58,028 bases of DNA from a bacterium (GTDB taxonomy: Bacteria; Hydrothermota; Tepidihabitantia; Tepidihabitantales; Tepidihabitantaceae), in assembly GCA_046485285.1 (NCBI GenBank), contig JAWOHE010000061.1:1-58028 (forward strand). Direction: 5' to 3'. The notes below the pieces were generated by a model. It was not told the origin of the DNA, made no database searches, and saw nothing but the letters and a program-made list of their open reading frames with translations. Shown piece by piece: positions 55,964 to 58,028 of the stretch; within the stretch, counting starts at the first letter, position 1; each line of letters opens with the position of its first letter. The position numbers and the translations under genes are program-made.

Positions 55964-55992
55964 AGGCTATTCGAGCGCCGGCCGCCGGTCAA
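55964..55992 (-). promoter_or_regulatory. Promoter candidate TTGACC-N17-TAGCCT (minus strand), 7 nt before ATG 55956
   Basis: Read on the minus strand; divergent with the promoter at 56006-56033. Confidence 0.4.
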
Positions 55993-56005
55993 GCCCGGCC
56001 GGGGA

Positions 56006-56033
56006 TTGACAGCGGTGCCGTACCGGCTAGCCT
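56006..56033 (+). promoter_or_regulatory. Promoter candidate TTGACA-N16-TAGCCT, 5 nt before GTG 56039
   Basis: Perfect -35 and a weaker -10, in leaderless geometry. Confidence 0.45.
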
Positions 56034-56038
56034 AGTGC

Positions 56039-56680
56039 GTGATGAGCCGGCTCGCCCGCGCCGCCTGCCTCGCCTGCCTGCTGGCGGGCTGCGGCAGCAA
56101 CCTGCCCGAGCCGCCGCTCCTGTTCGGCCCGACCCGCCTGCGACCGGGCGACACGCTCCGGCTCGAAGCGTGGTCCACGGATCAGGACGGCGACTCGCTC
56201 CAGTACCGGGTCGTCTGGGGCGACGGCGCGGAGAGCGACTGGAGCCGGTGGTACCCGTCGGGCGAGCGTGTCGGCTTCGCTCGCGCCTACCAGGACACGG
56301 GTCGGTTCGACGTCCTCGCCCGGGCGCGCGACCGGGTCGGGGAGGGCGGGGCGTCGGGCCCGCTGCCGGTGCAGGTCTTCGACTTCGGCCCGTACCGGCC
56401 GACGCGGCCTCAGCTTGCGGCGGACACGGCCCGGGCCGGCGACACGCTCGGGTGCGTGTCCTCGGCCGGTCACCCGCTCAACGAGCGGGTCGCGCTCCAG
56501 TTCGACTGGGGCGACACGCTCGGCGACTGGTCGGCCTACGTCCGGGCCGGGGAGTGGCTGAGGATGCGCCACTCCTATCCTGCGCCCGGGACCTACGGCA
56601 TCCGGGCCCGCGCCCGGGACACCAGCGGCCACGTCTCGGGCTGGTCAGACTCGGTCTCGGTACTCATCCTCGCGCCCTGA
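56039..56680 (+). CDS. Lipoprotein with two PKD-like repeats
   Basis: Lipobox CLLAG|C. Two ~85-aa repeats each carrying GDTL...(V/F)(V/D)WGD(G/T)...W...G.Y.(V/I).ARARD..G..SG.S. Confidence 0.6.
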   Translation: MMSRLARAACLACLLAGCGSNLPEPPLLFGPTRLRPGDTLRLEAWSTDQDGDSLQYRVVWGDGAESDWSRWYPSGERVGFARAYQDTGRFDVLARARDRVGEGGASGPLPVQVFDFGPYRPTRPQLAADTARAGDTLGCVSSAGHPLNERVALQFDWGDTLGDWSAYVRAGEWLRMRHSYPAPGTYGIRARARDTSGHVSGWSDSVSVLILAP

Positions 56681-56907
56681 GCCGGGTCCGCGTCACTTGT
56701 GCCGCCGCCTGCCGTAGTGCCTCGACCGGCGGGAAGTCGCCGGCCGGCGTCCACACCTCGCGTCTTCGCGTTTGACCCGCCTCCCCGGGCATCGCGGCCG
56801 GGTGCTGCCGCAGGCGGGCGTTCCTGCACTGCCGCCCCCACATCCGAACCCCCGGTCCGCGGTTCAGCGTTCATAGCTCGACGTTCAGCGCTCTCTCTCT
56901 CCCACGG

Positions 56908-56988
56908 CTGTCATCTCGACCCCTTCGACTACACTCAGAGCTTGCCATGAGGTACTCGAAGGGGCAGGCTCCGCGCGCAGCGGAGGGG
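56908..56988 (-). repeat. Inverted copy of the GGTCGAGATGAC-core module with an inserted hairpin
   Basis: GTCATCTCGACC at 56910-56921. Hairpin CCCCTTCGA (56920-56928) / TCGAAGGGG (56956-56964). CTCCGCTGCGC read on the minus strand, as at 21625-21635. Confidence 0.6.
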
Positions 56989-57240
56989 TGCTGCGTCCTC
57001 GCAGTCTCTGGAGTCCCTATCCCCCTGCAATGCGCCTCTGCAATCTGACGTCAGATGTCGCTTCTCCCCCTCCTCCGCCTCCGGGCCGCAGACTCTGAAG
57101 ACGTCGCGGCAGACCCAATCAGCATCTTCGGGTCAAGGCCCTACCGGGCGTAGTCGAGCAGGAGCCGCTCGCAGGACCTGTTTTGGGCATCCAAACGTAA
57201 GTCACACACCTGCGAGCTTTGACGGCAGGGGGGGATATCC

Positions 57241-57455
57241 CCGGGACGGTTCCGGGGGCCGCCCCGGGGGCCGCCCCGGGAGCCGTCCCGGGAGCCGCTC
57301 CGGGGACCGCTCCGGGAGCCGTCCCGGGAGCCGCTCCGGGGGCCGCTCCGGGAGCCGTCCCGGGAGCCGCCCCGGGAGCCGCTCCGGGGGCCGTCCCGGG
57401 AGCCGCCCCGGGGACCGCCCCGGGGACCGCTCCGGGGACCGCTCCGGGGATGCGG
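57241..57455. repeat. 12-bp-period tandem array, ~18 units of CCGGGRRCCGYY
   Basis: Splitting at each CCGGG gives 17 consecutive 12-mers (ccgggagccgtc, ccgggagccgct, ccggggaccgct, and so on). Open in several frames on both strands, giving PGAx tetrapeptides. Confidence 0.9.
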
Positions 57456-57503
57456 TGGGGGATAGGGGTGTCGTCCGACTCTCCTTGTGAGTTCGAGGCA
57501 GTC

Positions 57504-57775
57504 AGGAGCGCTCCGGGGGGTATACCCGGGGATATCCCCGGGACGGTTCCGGGGGCCGCCCCGGGGACCGCCCCGGGAGCCGTCTCCGGGGCCGCTGGGG
57601 GAACCGCTCCTGGGGATGTCCCCGGGACGGTTCCGGGGGCCGTCCCGGGGGCCGCTACCGGAGCCGTCCCGGAGGCCGCCCCCGGGACCGCTAGGGGAGG
57701 CGTCCCCGGGGCCGCTAGGGGAAGGCAGGTGGGGGTGGGGGTCCGGGTGCGGCTCGAGGCGCTCCGGGCCGTCAG
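57504..57775 (-). repeat. ~272-bp GC-rich repeat R2, inverted partner of 20575-20846
   Basis: The reverse complement aligns to R1 at roughly 95% identity. Contains the same CCCGGGGATATCCCCGGG palindrome (57525-57542). Confidence 0.85.
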
Positions 57776-57852
57776 ACGAGATGCGCCACCCAAGGTCGGT
57801 CTGGTCGGGAACAAGCGGAAGGTTGACGCGGCCGTGACCGGCCGGTCAGCGG

Positions 57853-58028
57853 CTACGGTTCGTTCGGGGTGGGCAGGATGTCCAGCCGCCGGTACCCGGC
57901 GTTGTCGTCCGTGCCCAACTCGACGAATGCCTGGCCCGGGTTGACGGTGACCCGCAGAAGGCCGCTGCCCTGCATCGACTGCGGGATGCTCGCCAGGGTC
58001 CAGGAGTACGACACGCTCTGCCCCTGGT
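57853..58028 (-). CDS. 3' end of a hypothetical protein gene (partial, continues beyond the window)
   Basis: The minus-strand frame reads ...QGQSVSYSWTLASIPQSMQGSGLLRVTVNPGQAFVELGTDDNAGYRRLDILPTPNEP* with TAG at 57853-57855. Protein-like composition. Absent from the ORF track because no start codon lies inside the window. Confidence 0.55.
   Translation of the reverse strand, partial: QGQSVSYSWTLASIPQSMQGSGLLRVTVNPGQAFVELGTDDNAGYRRLDILPTPNEP

Noticed and set aside
55957-55992. GTG 55992 as the start of the CRTAC1-like gene
   Set aside because: The extra 12 residues precede a typical signal peptide that starts at ATG 55956, and the interval matches a TTGACC-N17-TAGCCT promoter.
57119-57944. 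PG-rich ORFs on both strands (57119-57814 minus, 57219-57944 plus; also 20583-20882 plus and 20139-20858 minus)
   Set aside because: They are mutually overlapping, created by near-palindromic 12-bp units. The equivalent frame in R1 has no start codon, and differences between copies are mostly non-synonymous. Kept as repeats, although coding cannot be fully excluded.

Overview
High-GC (roughly 65-70% by eye) chromosomal segment from a diderm bacterium. It has an LPS lipid-A gene cluster and several proteins with type IX secretion (T9SS) C-terminal sorting domains. This suggests an FCB-superphylum-like, possibly uncultured, lineage (low-confidence guess). Conserved blocks: cmk-plsC-ispH-rpsA-methylthiotransferase; skp-lpxD-lpxC-fabZ-lpxA; folC convergent with rarA; rho-rpmE-prfB on the minus strand, where prfB carries the classic +1 frameshift; a dcw cluster mraZ-rsmH-ftsL-ftsI-murE-mraY-murD-ftsW-murG-murC-murB-ftsA-ftsZ without murF, ddl or ftsQ; the S10-spc ribosomal cluster rpsJ to rplF, which stops abruptly after rplF; and tRNA-Glu(CUC). 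Accessory blocks at 14.6-20.6 kb, 47.2-50.9 kb and 51.4-56.7 kb encode secreted beta-propeller, FG-GAP or Kelch-like proteins and lipoproteins. No defence, CRISPR, integrase or transposase gene was recognised. Most notable observations: (1) one T9SS cargo gene is split by two in-frame TAG codons, both in a CTAGG context; (2) a 41-nt perfect direct repeat and sorting-domain remnant flank that 5.9-kb block; (3) a 1.25-kb gene-free repeat nest at 20.57-21.81 kb; (4) three 12-bp-period arrays, and a ~272-bp inverted repeat pair 37 kb apart; (5) a ~190-nt direct repeat 21 kb apart that carries a conserved promoter-like element; (6) many perfect TTGACA promoters placed 5-7 nt from start codons, suggesting leaderless mRNAs; (7) a candidate structured small RNA next to the tRNA. 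All calls come from manual reading of the sequence and ORF translations. No searches were run.
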